In this document: positions 1 to 8,198 of the stretch, piece after piece | Position numbering within the stretch: position 1 is the stretch's first letter | Layout of the letters: each line of letters begins with the position of its first letter | DNA from: a virus | Taxonomy: Duplodnaviria > Caudoviricetes | IMG/VR virus record: IMGVR_UViG_3300037991_003356 | Span: 1 to 26,465 of that record | DNA: 26,465 bases | Direction: 5' to 3' (one strand) | Notes under the pieces: generated by a model | Told to the model about the DNA's origin: nothing | What the model saw: the letters and a program-made list of their open reading frames with translations, nothing else | Databases searched by the model: none | Position numbers and translations under genes: made by a program

Positions 1-384
1 TTGATATCGCCTAGACCTACTTCATTTAGAATTAATCTTAAAAATGGACAAGATTATATTTTAAAATGGACTGGTAAAACTTTTGAGGCTCAAATAATGG
101 GCAAACGTTACTTACTTTCTAACATTGCAGACTACCAACAAGCATTAGATAAATTAGCTATATTATATAAAGAAGCTCCGATGAAAGGAGCTGGTGAAGA
201 TGCTGAAGATGCTTCTGATTTTGGATCAGCCGATACTGGCGGAGGAGATTTTCCTGGCGGTGAAGGTGGTGCAGATGCAGGAGGAGAAGGAGGAGAAGAT
301 CTTCCTGATGTACCAGATGAAGAACCAGCAGACCTTTCTGACGAACCTGTAGATTTTGAAGCAGGAGAAGAACCAGATGCATAA
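1..384 (+). CDS. Hypothetical phage protein, 5'-truncated, with acidic Gly/Asp/Glu-rich C-terminal tail
   Basis: Open frame from the window edge to TAA; the stop overlaps the next ATG (TAATG). Tail is low-complexity (GGGDFPGGEGGADAGGEGGEDLPDVPDEEP). Confidence 0.7.
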   Translation: MISPRPTSFRINLKNGQDYILKWTGKTFEAQIMGKRYLLSNIADYQQALDKLAILYKEAPMKGAGEDAEDASDFGSADTGGGDFPGGEGGADAGGEGGEDLPDVPDEEPADLSDEPVDFEAGEEPDA

Positions 385-1442
385 TGAACGTTACAGACAA
401 ACTATATACCGAATGGGCCTGGAGAACTGAGACAGGAACTCCAGATATAAACAATCCAAGAGATAAAGCTATACTTGATAAACTTATTAGAGAATTAAGC
501 GAAGAAGCTAAACCTGTTACTAAAGATGATATTGTAGCTCTTTTAAGTTCTATAGAGAACGATAGTGAAGCTATGCAATATATTAAAAAGTATATATCTA
601 ATAGACCTAATCAAAATAGTTTCTTTACTCATATTAATTCTAAGAATATAGATTCTAAAACATTAGAATCCGGAGATGCACCTCAAAGAGTTTTCAATGT
701 ACTTTCTAATAATGATCAATTAAATGATTATATGGAGTATGTAAAAAAACCTATAAGTTTTGCTCAATTAGGTAGCTCAGGTAACCTTGTAACAGCTTTA
801 CAAAATGAATTAACTGCTGATACTATCCAATTACTTATTAATATTGGAGGACAAGAAGGAGGAAGAGGAGTTGGAAAAGCTGAAATAGGATTAGCCGCTT
901 TAGTAGGAGATGTAAAAATGATGAAAGGTGGTAAAGGAGATTTAGACTGGTCAGGTAAGTACTTAGAAGTAAAAGGTACAGCAGCAAGATTAGGTAAAAG
1001 AGATCATTCATTTACTGGAGGAGCAAAAATATTAGATACAGCGGAAGAGATTGCAGGAGATACTACAAGACCAGATAAATTTATGCCTGCTATATTAAGA
1101 AACTCTCCTGATAAATTTAAAGAATCAGTAAACGATTTAAAAGATCTATTATCTCAAGTATATGAATCAGGTGCTGTTAAACAGTATATAACTGATGAAA
1201 GTTGTAGTGATAGTAATTTATTAAGAATTGCTTTACAAAAAGTTTATGCAGCAAGTTATTCTAAAAGAGAAGGAGTTGATCATTTTATATTCGTAGATAC
1301 TTCAACTAACTACGGTAATTTTTTATCAGTTACCCCAGAGCAGTTGTTAGATTATATAGATGCAAATCCTAAAACTTTTTCTAGTCCAGTAAATTTAAAG
1401 AATGGATTAGCTCCGCAAGTATTTAGAGGAGGAATAAAATAA
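384..1442 (+). CDS. Putative PD-(D/E)XK (restriction-endonuclease-like) nuclease with an N-terminal leader segment
   Basis: 352 aa. GVGKAEIG...GKGDLDWSGKYLEVKG gives the E...D-x7-E-V-K spacing typical of PD-(D/E)XK active sites. Distinct N-terminal segment EWAWRTETGTPDINNPRD. Confidence 0.55.
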   Translation: MNVTDKLYTEWAWRTETGTPDINNPRDKAILDKLIRELSEEAKPVTKDDIVALLSSIENDSEAMQYIKKYISNRPNQNSFFTHINSKNIDSKTLESGDAPQRVFNVLSNNDQLNDYMEYVKKPISFAQLGSSGNLVTALQNELTADTIQLLINIGGQEGGRGVGKAEIGLAALVGDVKMMKGGKGDLDWSGKYLEVKGTAARLGKRDHSFTGGAKILDTAEEIAGDTTRPDKFMPAILRNSPDKFKESVNDLKDLLSQVYESGAVKQYITDESCSDSNLLRIALQKVYAASYSKREGVDHFIFVDTSTNYGNFLSVTPEQLLDYIDANPKTFSSPVNLKNGLAPQVFRGGIK

Positions 1443-1445
1443 GTT

Positions 1446-3020
1446 ATGTCAAAAGATATAAAAAAAATAATAGCACAAGAATATATTAAGTGTGCTAAAG
1501 ATCCGGCTCACTTTATGAGGAAGTACTGTTATATACAGCACCCTACTCGTGGACGTATACTTTTTAATCTATACCCATTTCAGGATAAAATTCTTAACTT
1601 ATTTAAAGAAGAGCAATATATTATTACTCTTAAATCTAGACAGTTAGGTATATCTACTTTAGCAGCTGGTTACTCTTTATGGTTAATGTTATTTCACAAA
1701 GATAAAAACGTATTAGCATTAGCAACTACTCAAGCTACTGCTCGTAACTTAGTAACTAAAGTAACTTTTGCATATGATCAACTACCTAAATGGTTAAGAT
1801 TGCCTGCTGTAGAAAAAAATAAATTATCATTAAGGCTTAGGAATGGTTCTAAAGTACAAGCTAAGTCATCATCACCGGATGCTGCAAGATCGGAAGCGGT
1901 ATCGTTATTATTATTAGATGAGGCAGCCTTTATAGAGAATGTAGAAGAAACCTTTACTGCAGCACAACAAACCTTAGCAACGGGTGGTCAATGTATGGCT
2001 TTATCAACACCGAATGGTATTGGTAACTGGTTTCACCAAACATGGGAAAGAGCTGAAACAAAAGAAAATAGTTTTTTACCTATAAGATTACCTTGGACAG
2101 TACATCCAGAAAGAGATCAAAGATGGAGAGAACAACAAGATGCAGACTTAGGTCCTAGAATGGCTGGCCAAGAGTGTGATTGTGACTTCTTAAGCTCGGG
2201 TGATACAGTTTTTGAACCTGATGATATGACATTCTATGAAGAGACTTATGAAAAAGAACCTTTAGAAAGAAGAGGAGTAGACGGTAATTTATGGATATGG
2301 GAAGGAGTAGATTATAGAAAATCTTATATGGTGGTTGCTGATGTAGCAAGAGGTGATTCTACAGACTACTCAGCATTTCATATATTCGATATTGAAAGCG
2401 CAGTACAAGTAGGTGAGTACAAAGGGAAACTATCTCCTAAGGAATTCGGTAATGTGCTAGTTGGTATAGCAGCTGAATATAATGATGCACTACTAGTATG
2501 TGAAAATGCAAATATTGGATGGGCTACTATTGAACAAATATTAGAAAGAGAGTATAGAAATATGTACTATAGTTCAACTGCTCAAATGGAATCAGTAGAG
2601 TCTTATATGCACAAGTATGAAAGAGACAAATTAGTTCCTGGATTTACTATGTCAGCTAGAACTAGACCTTTAGTAATAGCTAAGATGATAGAGTATATAA
2701 GAGACAAATCAGTTACTATACAATCTAAACGTCTTATGTCTGAAATGAGAGTTTTCATATGGAAAAACGGTAAAGCACAAGCCCAAGATAGATATAATGA
2801 TGATTTAATAATGGCCTGTGCAACTGCACTTTATGTTAGAGATACAGCACTAAGATTAAGACAGCAAGGTATGGACTTAGCAAGAGCACAGCTATCTTCA
2901 TTTAGTAATTTAAATGCACAAAACAAAGCTGTTATGACAAATGTTGGTAATATGAGAGAAAATCCTTATCTTACTAAGACAGCCCATGGTGATGAAGATA
3001 TCCGTTGGCTTCTAAAATAG
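1446..3020 (+). CDS. terL: Terminase large subunit (T4 gp17-like)
   Basis: Walker A KSRQLGIST, Walker B LLLLDEAAF, coupling motif STPNG, and RNase H-like nuclease motifs VADVARGDSTDYSA and DDLIMA. N-terminal EYIKCAKDPAHF is typical of gp17-like proteins. Confidence 0.95.
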   Translation: MSKDIKKIIAQEYIKCAKDPAHFMRKYCYIQHPTRGRILFNLYPFQDKILNLFKEEQYIITLKSRQLGISTLAAGYSLWLMLFHKDKNVLALATTQATARNLVTKVTFAYDQLPKWLRLPAVEKNKLSLRLRNGSKVQAKSSSPDAARSEAVSLLLLDEAAFIENVEETFTAAQQTLATGGQCMALSTPNGIGNWFHQTWERAETKENSFLPIRLPWTVHPERDQRWREQQDADLGPRMAGQECDCDFLSSGDTVFEPDDMTFYEETYEKEPLERRGVDGNLWIWEGVDYRKSYMVVADVARGDSTDYSAFHIFDIESAVQVGEYKGKLSPKEFGNVLVGIAAEYNDALLVCENANIGWATIEQILEREYRNMYYSSTAQMESVESYMHKYERDKLVPGFTMSARTRPLVIAKMIEYIRDKSVTIQSKRLMSEMRVFIWKNGKAQAQDRYNDDLIMACATALYVRDTALRLRQQGMDLARAQLSSFSNLNAQNKAVMTNVGNMRENPYLTKTAHGDEDIRWLLK

Positions 3021-3023
3021 AAC

Positions 3024-3031
3024 TATTTATA
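3024..3031 (+). promoter_or_regulatory. TATTTATA motif, putative late promoter upstream of portal
   Basis: Intergenic, starting 25 nt before ATG 3049; the same 8-mer recurs in five other intergenic gaps. Confidence 0.55.
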
Positions 3032-3048
3032 TATATAAAACTAAGTAA

Positions 3049-4959
3049 ATGGCAGACAGATCCTTATTTGGTAGACTTAAAAGATTATTTTCCAATGACG
3101 TAATAATACGTAACATTGGTGGTGATCAACTTAAAATTGCCGACGTCAATAACATACAATCTACTGGTAGATATCAAACGAATTCGTTGATAGATAGGTT
3201 TAGTAGACTATACATCTATAATAATAGAAATATATTTAACCCTAACCTTAATTACCAGACATTAAGAATACAGCTTTATTCCGATTACGAAGCTATGGAT
3301 ACCGATCCAATAATCGCTTCAGCATTAGATATATTAGCTGATGAATCAACAGTAAAGAATGATCAAAACGAAATCTTATCGATCAAATCATCAGATGAAA
3401 ATATACAGAGAGTTCTTTATAACTTATTTTATGACGTATTAAATATAGAATTTAATTTATGGTCATGGACAAGGAACATGTGTAAGTATGGAGACTTTTT
3501 CTTAAAGCTAGAAGTAGCAGAGAAGTTCGGAGTTTACAATGTTCTACCTTATACTGTTTATCATATGATAAGAGAGGAAGGATTAGACCCAGATAATCCT
3601 GCAGCTGTTAACTTTAGATTAGACCCAGACGGTTTAGCTTCATCTCAACACCCTAACTACTTACCAAAAAGAAGAGATGAATCTAAAGTAGTTGAATTTG
3701 ATAATTATGAAATAGCGCATTTTAGATTAATATCTGATACAAACTACTTACCTTATGGACGTTCTTATTTAGAACCAGCTAGAAAAATATTTAAGCAAGT
3801 AACATTAATGGAAGATGCGATGTTAATTCATCGTATAATGAGAGCACCTGAAAAGAGAATGTTCTATATTAATGTAGGAGCTATACCACCTCAAGAGGTT
3901 GAACAGTTTATGAATAAAACTATTAACCAAATGAAAAAGACTCCTTATATAGGAGAAGACGGTCAATACAATTTACGTTTCAATATGCAGAATATGATGG
4001 AAGATTTCTACCTTCCGGTAAGAGGAGGAGATACTGCTACTAGAATTGAAACTACTAAAGGTTTAGAATACGATGGTACGAAAGATGTAGAGTATCTTCA
4101 AGCTAAGATGTTTGCAGCTCTTAAGATTCCAAAAGCATATTTTGGATTTGAAGGAGACTTACAAGGTAAAGCAACTCTAGCTGCAGAAGATATTAGATTT
4201 GCAAGAACAGTAGAAAGAATTCAAAAGATAATGGAATCAGAGCTTACTAAAATAGCTTTGGTACATTTATACACGCAAGGGTTTACAGGGGAGTCTTTAA
4301 CTAACTTCGAAATAAACTTAACAACACCTTCAATTATATTTGAACAAGAAAAGGTTGCCTTATTAAAAGAGAAGGTAGATCTTGCGAATCAAATGAAAGA
4401 TACTAAATTATTTTCTACTGATTATATATTTGAGAATATATTTGACTTATCTGAAGATCAATATATGGAGATGAGAGAGCTTGTTAAGGAAGATAGCAAG
4501 AGAGCATTTAGATTAGCACAAATAGAAGCAGAAGGTAATGATCCTGCTAAGTCAGGTGTTACTTACGGTACACCACATGATCTAGCATCTATGTACGGTA
4601 GACGTTCAGTAGCAACTCCTAAAGGGGGAGAACCTAATGCTTTACCTCAAGGCTATGCTGAAGTAGAGCCAGAGAAAGAACAAGAATGGGGACAGCCAGG
4701 TCCTGAAGGCGGAAGACCAAGAGAAAAAGCTTCAGTCTATGGGACTAATGATAATCCAGTAGGAGGACGTGATCCTCTAGGTGTACATGGTATGCAAGGA
4801 GGTTATCCATCAGATAACGATAATGTGATGGAAAATATGAAAACTCAAGCAGTTTACCATAAAAATAAAGAATCATTAAAAAATATTGTATTTGAAAAAG
4901 AAACTAAATCTGAACCAGATATGCTGTCAGAAGACAACATCAAAGATTTAGGGAACTAA
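3049..4959 (+). CDS. gp20: Portal vertex protein (T4 gp20-like)
   Basis: gp20-family motifs YGRSYLEPARK, MEDAMLIHRIMRAPEKRMFYINVG, MMEDFYLPVRGG and EDIRFARTVERIQ; lies directly after the terminase. Confidence 0.93.
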   Translation: MADRSLFGRLKRLFSNDVIIRNIGGDQLKIADVNNIQSTGRYQTNSLIDRFSRLYIYNNRNIFNPNLNYQTLRIQLYSDYEAMDTDPIIASALDILADESTVKNDQNEILSIKSSDENIQRVLYNLFYDVLNIEFNLWSWTRNMCKYGDFFLKLEVAEKFGVYNVLPYTVYHMIREEGLDPDNPAAVNFRLDPDGLASSQHPNYLPKRRDESKVVEFDNYEIAHFRLISDTNYLPYGRSYLEPARKIFKQVTLMEDAMLIHRIMRAPEKRMFYINVGAIPPQEVEQFMNKTINQMKKTPYIGEDGQYNLRFNMQNMMEDFYLPVRGGDTATRIETTKGLEYDGTKDVEYLQAKMFAALKIPKAYFGFEGDLQGKATLAAEDIRFARTVERIQKIMESELTKIALVHLYTQGFTGESLTNFEINLTTPSIIFEQEKVALLKEKVDLANQMKDTKLFSTDYIFENIFDLSEDQYMEMRELVKEDSKRAFRLAQIEAEGNDPAKSGVTYGTPHDLASMYGRRSVATPKGGEPNALPQGYAEVEPEKEQEWGQPGPEGGRPREKASVYGTNDNPVGGRDPLGVHGMQGGYPSDNDNVMENMKTQAVYHKNKESLKNIVFEKETKSEPDMLSEDNIKDLGN

Positions 4960-4963
4960 TACA

Positions 4964-4971
4964 TATTTATA
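4964..4971 (+). promoter_or_regulatory. TATTTATA motif, putative late promoter
   Basis: Intergenic, starting 25 nt before ATG 4989, the same spacing as at the portal gene. Confidence 0.55.
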
Positions 4972-4988
4972 TATAGTAAACGTGTATA

Positions 4989-5843
4989 ATGAAGATAAAA
5001 CATTCGAAATTCCGAAATACAGGTCTTATCTTTGAATTGCTTATAAAACAAGTAGCATCTGATACTCTAGATAATAAAGACTCAGCAGCTATTTCAATTA
5101 TAAAAAAGCATTTTGCTAATAAATCTACATTAGCCAAAGAATATAAACTATATGAATTTATAGTTAGAAATAGAAATGTATCACAATCTAGAGCAGAAGC
5201 TATAGTTTCTACTATAACTGAAGTATCAAGAAAACTAGACCAGAAAGTACTTAAGAAACAAAAGTACGATTTAATATCTCAAATAAAAGAGAGTTACGAT
5301 ATCAATGAATTTTTTGGTATTCAAGTAAGAGATTACAAAGCATTAGCAGCACTTTACTGTTTATTAGAAGGGCAAAACACTGATACGTTAATTAACCCTC
5401 AAATGCTAGTAGATAATAAAACTACTATTTTAGAACACTTAACTTCACAGCCTCAAGATGAGAATGAAGTAAAAGACGCACTGGTTGAAGAATATTCTAA
5501 ATATGATAAAGATTTAAAGTTGTTAACTTTTAAAATTTTATTAGAAAAATTCAATAGCAAGTATAAGGATCTTTTACCAGAACAAAAAAGGATCTTAAAA
5601 GAATTTATTACATCGGTTAACTCCGGTACACGTTTACGTAATATAGTTAATAAAGAGTTAGATACATTAAGTAGTATAGTTGCAGAATTAGCTGCTAAAG
5701 TTGATAACCAGGTTGTTAAAATTAAATTAGATGAAGTATCTAAGGCTATAAAGCCTGTTTCTAACAAGGAAAGAATAAATGATAATCATCTAGTTAAGCT
5801 TATGCAGTATTACGAACTAGTAAACGAGCTTAAGAAGCTATGA
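4989..5843 (+). CDS. Hypothetical helical protein of the head module, possible prohead core component
   Basis: 284 aa, Lys/Leu/Glu-rich. Lies between portal and protease, where T4 has core genes 67/68; function is inferred from position only. Confidence 0.7.
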   Translation: MKIKHSKFRNTGLIFELLIKQVASDTLDNKDSAAISIIKKHFANKSTLAKEYKLYEFIVRNRNVSQSRAEAIVSTITEVSRKLDQKVLKKQKYDLISQIKESYDINEFFGIQVRDYKALAALYCLLEGQNTDTLINPQMLVDNKTTILEHLTSQPQDENEVKDALVEEYSKYDKDLKLLTFKILLEKFNSKYKDLLPEQKRILKEFITSVNSGTRLRNIVNKELDTLSSIVAELAAKVDNQVVKIKLDEVSKAIKPVSNKERINDNHLVKLMQYYELVNELKKL

Positions 5844-6070
5844 CAAGGTCAAATCTTGTTAAACTAGTTAGAGAAGTATTGCAAGAATTGGATGAAGCCA
5901 ATGTAACTGGTGGAACCGCAACGTTTACTCCTGGAACTGGAGCCCAGTATGCAACACCGCATGCTTTCGGTAAAGGTAAAAGGGCTAAAAAGACATTAAC
6001 AAAAATAGGCTGGAAACAGCAAAAACGACCTAAAAGGCCGTCAAATACTAAAATGTTTGATTACTTATGA
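5840..6070 (+). CDS. Small protein with acidic leader and basic tail, possible core/internal head protein
   Basis: 76 aa with ATGA overlaps at both ends. Leader VREVLQELDE, then YATPHAF, then a K/R-rich tail. Confidence 0.65.
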   Translation: MTRSNLVKLVREVLQELDEANVTGGTATFTPGTGAQYATPHAFGKGKRAKKTLTKIGWKQQKRPKRPSNTKMFDYL

Positions 6071-7494
6071 AAGCAACAGCAGTAGCAGAAAATTATAAAG
6101 CCGTAGTAGCAGGTAGACTTGCTAAAGGCGAATTTGTTCGTCAAATGAGACAACAATTTCCTAATCTTATATCTCAATTCAACGGATATGATGATACAGT
6201 TCAAATACTTAAAAATAAACAAGTAATATTTGAATCTACTGTTAATGAAGCACCTACTAAAGAAAAAGTATATGATGATAGACCGGCTTTAACTTACTCA
6301 CTTGATGCTTTAGAAAGAGGAATTAATTATGAACTTGCTGCAGCAGGATTAATGGCTCATGATAAGTTCAATATTAACGCTGACGATTATTTTAAAGCTG
6401 AAAAGAAAGCTAAAGATAATTTAGAAAAAGATTCTCTACACTATATAAATCTTATATCAGGTGAATCTTCTAAAGTAGATAAACACGATAGAGAAGAAGA
6501 AGTAAAAAGAGGAGAAGGTAAAATAGATGTATTTAATGGTCTTAAAAAAGCAGATCTTAAAGAAGCTAAAGAACTTCTTAAAGAAGGTAAATTAGATGAT
6601 TTAGCTAAAAAATTAGGAGTTGATGTTAATAAACTAAAAGCAGCTGCAGATAAAATTAGAGACATGGAAAGAGAAAAAGCTACTCAAGATGCTAAAAAAT
6701 TAGCTGAAGTAGAAAAAGCTCTTCATACAGAACCTCAACTCGAAGAGACTGAAGAAATGTCGTTAGAAGAAAAAAAATTAGCTATCGGTGCTATCATCGG
6801 TGTAATTAGAAGTAAATACAAAGATATATCACAAGATATAGCATTAGACTTTATCAAGACTCATTACAATGATTTATTAGCAGGAGCTGATCCAATAGAA
6901 GAATTCGAAGAATTTATATCAGTTAACTACGATTCAGTATCTGAAAAGAAAGGTAAAGATCACGATAAAGACGGAGATATAGATTCAGATGATTATTTAG
7001 CTGCTAGAGATAAAGCTATTAAAAAAGCAATGGGTAAAGATGAGCAGTTAAAAGAAGCTATCAAAACTATTATTAAGCAATCATTAACTGAAGAAGCAAT
7101 AAATGAAGCAGCTACTAAAAAATTAGCAGACTGGGGAGAAAGCTACGCAGACTTTCCTGGAGTTAAATCAGTAGTAATGGACTTAGAAAACGTAGTCACT
7201 GAAGTAGAAGCTTTTTACGAAAAATTAGGTGATAAAATAGCTAAAATCTTTGAAAAAACTAAGGACTTTGAAAACGAAGAAGGACTTAAAATTGGTGCAT
7301 TTATATCACCATCATTAGAAGGTGCATTCAAACAAGATTTAAGACCAGTGATAAAGAAAGGATTCTTAAATAAGATAGAATTACCTAGAGTTAGACAAAT
7401 AACTCAACAAGACGTTGACAGAGGATACGTTCAACAAGAAGCTCCTGAAGAGCCTAAAACTACAGTTTTCACTCCTATTAACGAAAAAAAATAA
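6067..7494 (+). CDS. Charged helical head-module protein with a DxDxDG Ca2+-binding-like loop
   Basis: 475 aa with DHDKDGDIDSDDY (6958-6996) and many L/I/V-x-E motifs (IFE, VNE, LKE, LTE, INE). Confidence 0.75.
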   Translation: MKATAVAENYKAVVAGRLAKGEFVRQMRQQFPNLISQFNGYDDTVQILKNKQVIFESTVNEAPTKEKVYDDRPALTYSLDALERGINYELAAAGLMAHDKFNINADDYFKAEKKAKDNLEKDSLHYINLISGESSKVDKHDREEEVKRGEGKIDVFNGLKKADLKEAKELLKEGKLDDLAKKLGVDVNKLKAAADKIRDMEREKATQDAKKLAEVEKALHTEPQLEETEEMSLEEKKLAIGAIIGVIRSKYKDISQDIALDFIKTHYNDLLAGADPIEEFEEFISVNYDSVSEKKGKDHDKDGDIDSDDYLAARDKAIKKAMGKDEQLKEAIKTIIKQSLTEEAINEAATKKLADWGESYADFPGVKSVVMDLENVVTEVEAFYEKLGDKIAKIFEKTKDFENEEGLKIGAFISPSLEGAFKQDLRPVIKKGFLNKIELPRVRQITQQDVDRGYVQQEAPEEPKTTVFTPINEKK

Positions 7495-7496
7495 AT

Positions 7497-8075
7497 ATGT
7501 CACAATTATTAGTAGATGTAACACCATTCAAACCAGTTATAAGAGAGTCAAAGTCTAAACCTGGTACTTTTGAAGTAGAAGGTGTAATGCAAAGAGCTGT
7601 TGCCGAGAATCAAAACGGTAGAGTTTACTCTAAAGATATTTTAGTTAGAGAAGCTAAAAAATACGTACAAGAATTTGTAGACAAAGGAAATGCTTTCGGT
7701 GAATTAGATCATCCAGAATCTCCTGTAGTTTCGTTAAAGAATGCTTCACATATAGTAAAAGAATTATGGTGGGATGGTAATGATTTGATGGGTAAAGTTG
7801 AATTATTAAATACTCCTGCAGGTAATATTGTAAAAGAAATTATTAGAGCTGGCCATACTATCGGTATATCTTCAAGAGGTACTGGATCAGTTCAACAAAC
7901 AAATGAAGGTCAATTAGAAGTACAACCAGATTTCGAATTAGTATGCTGGGACTTTGTATCTAATCCTTCTACTCACGGTGCATTTATGAACCCAGTATCG
8001 TTAAATGAAGCTAAAGGTAAAATGCCTAAGTATTTTGCTATAGAAACAGTAATAAACGATATTTTAAGAGCGTAA
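7497..8075 (+). CDS. gp21: Prohead maturation protease (T4 gp21-like)
   Basis: Motifs NQNGRVYS, GELDHP (catalytic His), GISSRGTG (catalytic Ser) and WDFVSNPS. Confidence 0.93.
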   Translation: MSQLLVDVTPFKPVIRESKSKPGTFEVEGVMQRAVAENQNGRVYSKDILVREAKKYVQEFVDKGNAFGELDHPESPVVSLKNASHIVKELWWDGNDLMGKVELLNTPAGNIVKEIIRAGHTIGISSRGTGSVQQTNEGQLEVQPDFELVCWDFVSNPSTHGAFMNPVSLNEAKGKMPKYFAIETVINDILRA

Positions 8076-8098
8076 CTTAGTTTTCCGGAAACAGTATA

Positions 8099-8106
8099 TA
8101 TTTATA
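8099..8106 (+). promoter_or_regulatory. TATTTATA motif, putative late promoter for scaffold/capsid genes
   Basis: Intergenic; preceded by palindrome TTTCCGGAAA (8082-8091) and followed by two hairpins. Confidence 0.55.
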
Positions 8107-8113
8107 TAAGAAT

Positions 8114-8175
8114 ATGCAGTCACTTATACTGCATCGATCTATTAAAAATTATATTGTAGTTTCTTAATAACTACA
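8114..8175 (+). promoter_or_regulatory. Two stem-loops in the scaffold 5' leader
   Basis: ATGCAGT-cacttat-ACTGCAT (8114-8134) and TGTAGTT-tcttaat-AACTACA (8155-8175); each has a perfect 7-bp stem and a 7-nt loop. Confidence 0.5.
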
Positions 8176-8198
8176 CCAATTCACAAAATTTATTGCAA

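Noticed and set aside
158-454. Minus-strand 98-aa ORF rich in Leu/His/Gln
   Set aside because: Antisense shadow of the acidic GAA/GAT/GGA-rich + strand gene; no independent coding signal.
8193-8198. TTG start for the scaffold given in the ORF track
   Set aside because: An in-frame ATG two codons later (8199) in A-rich context is more plausible.
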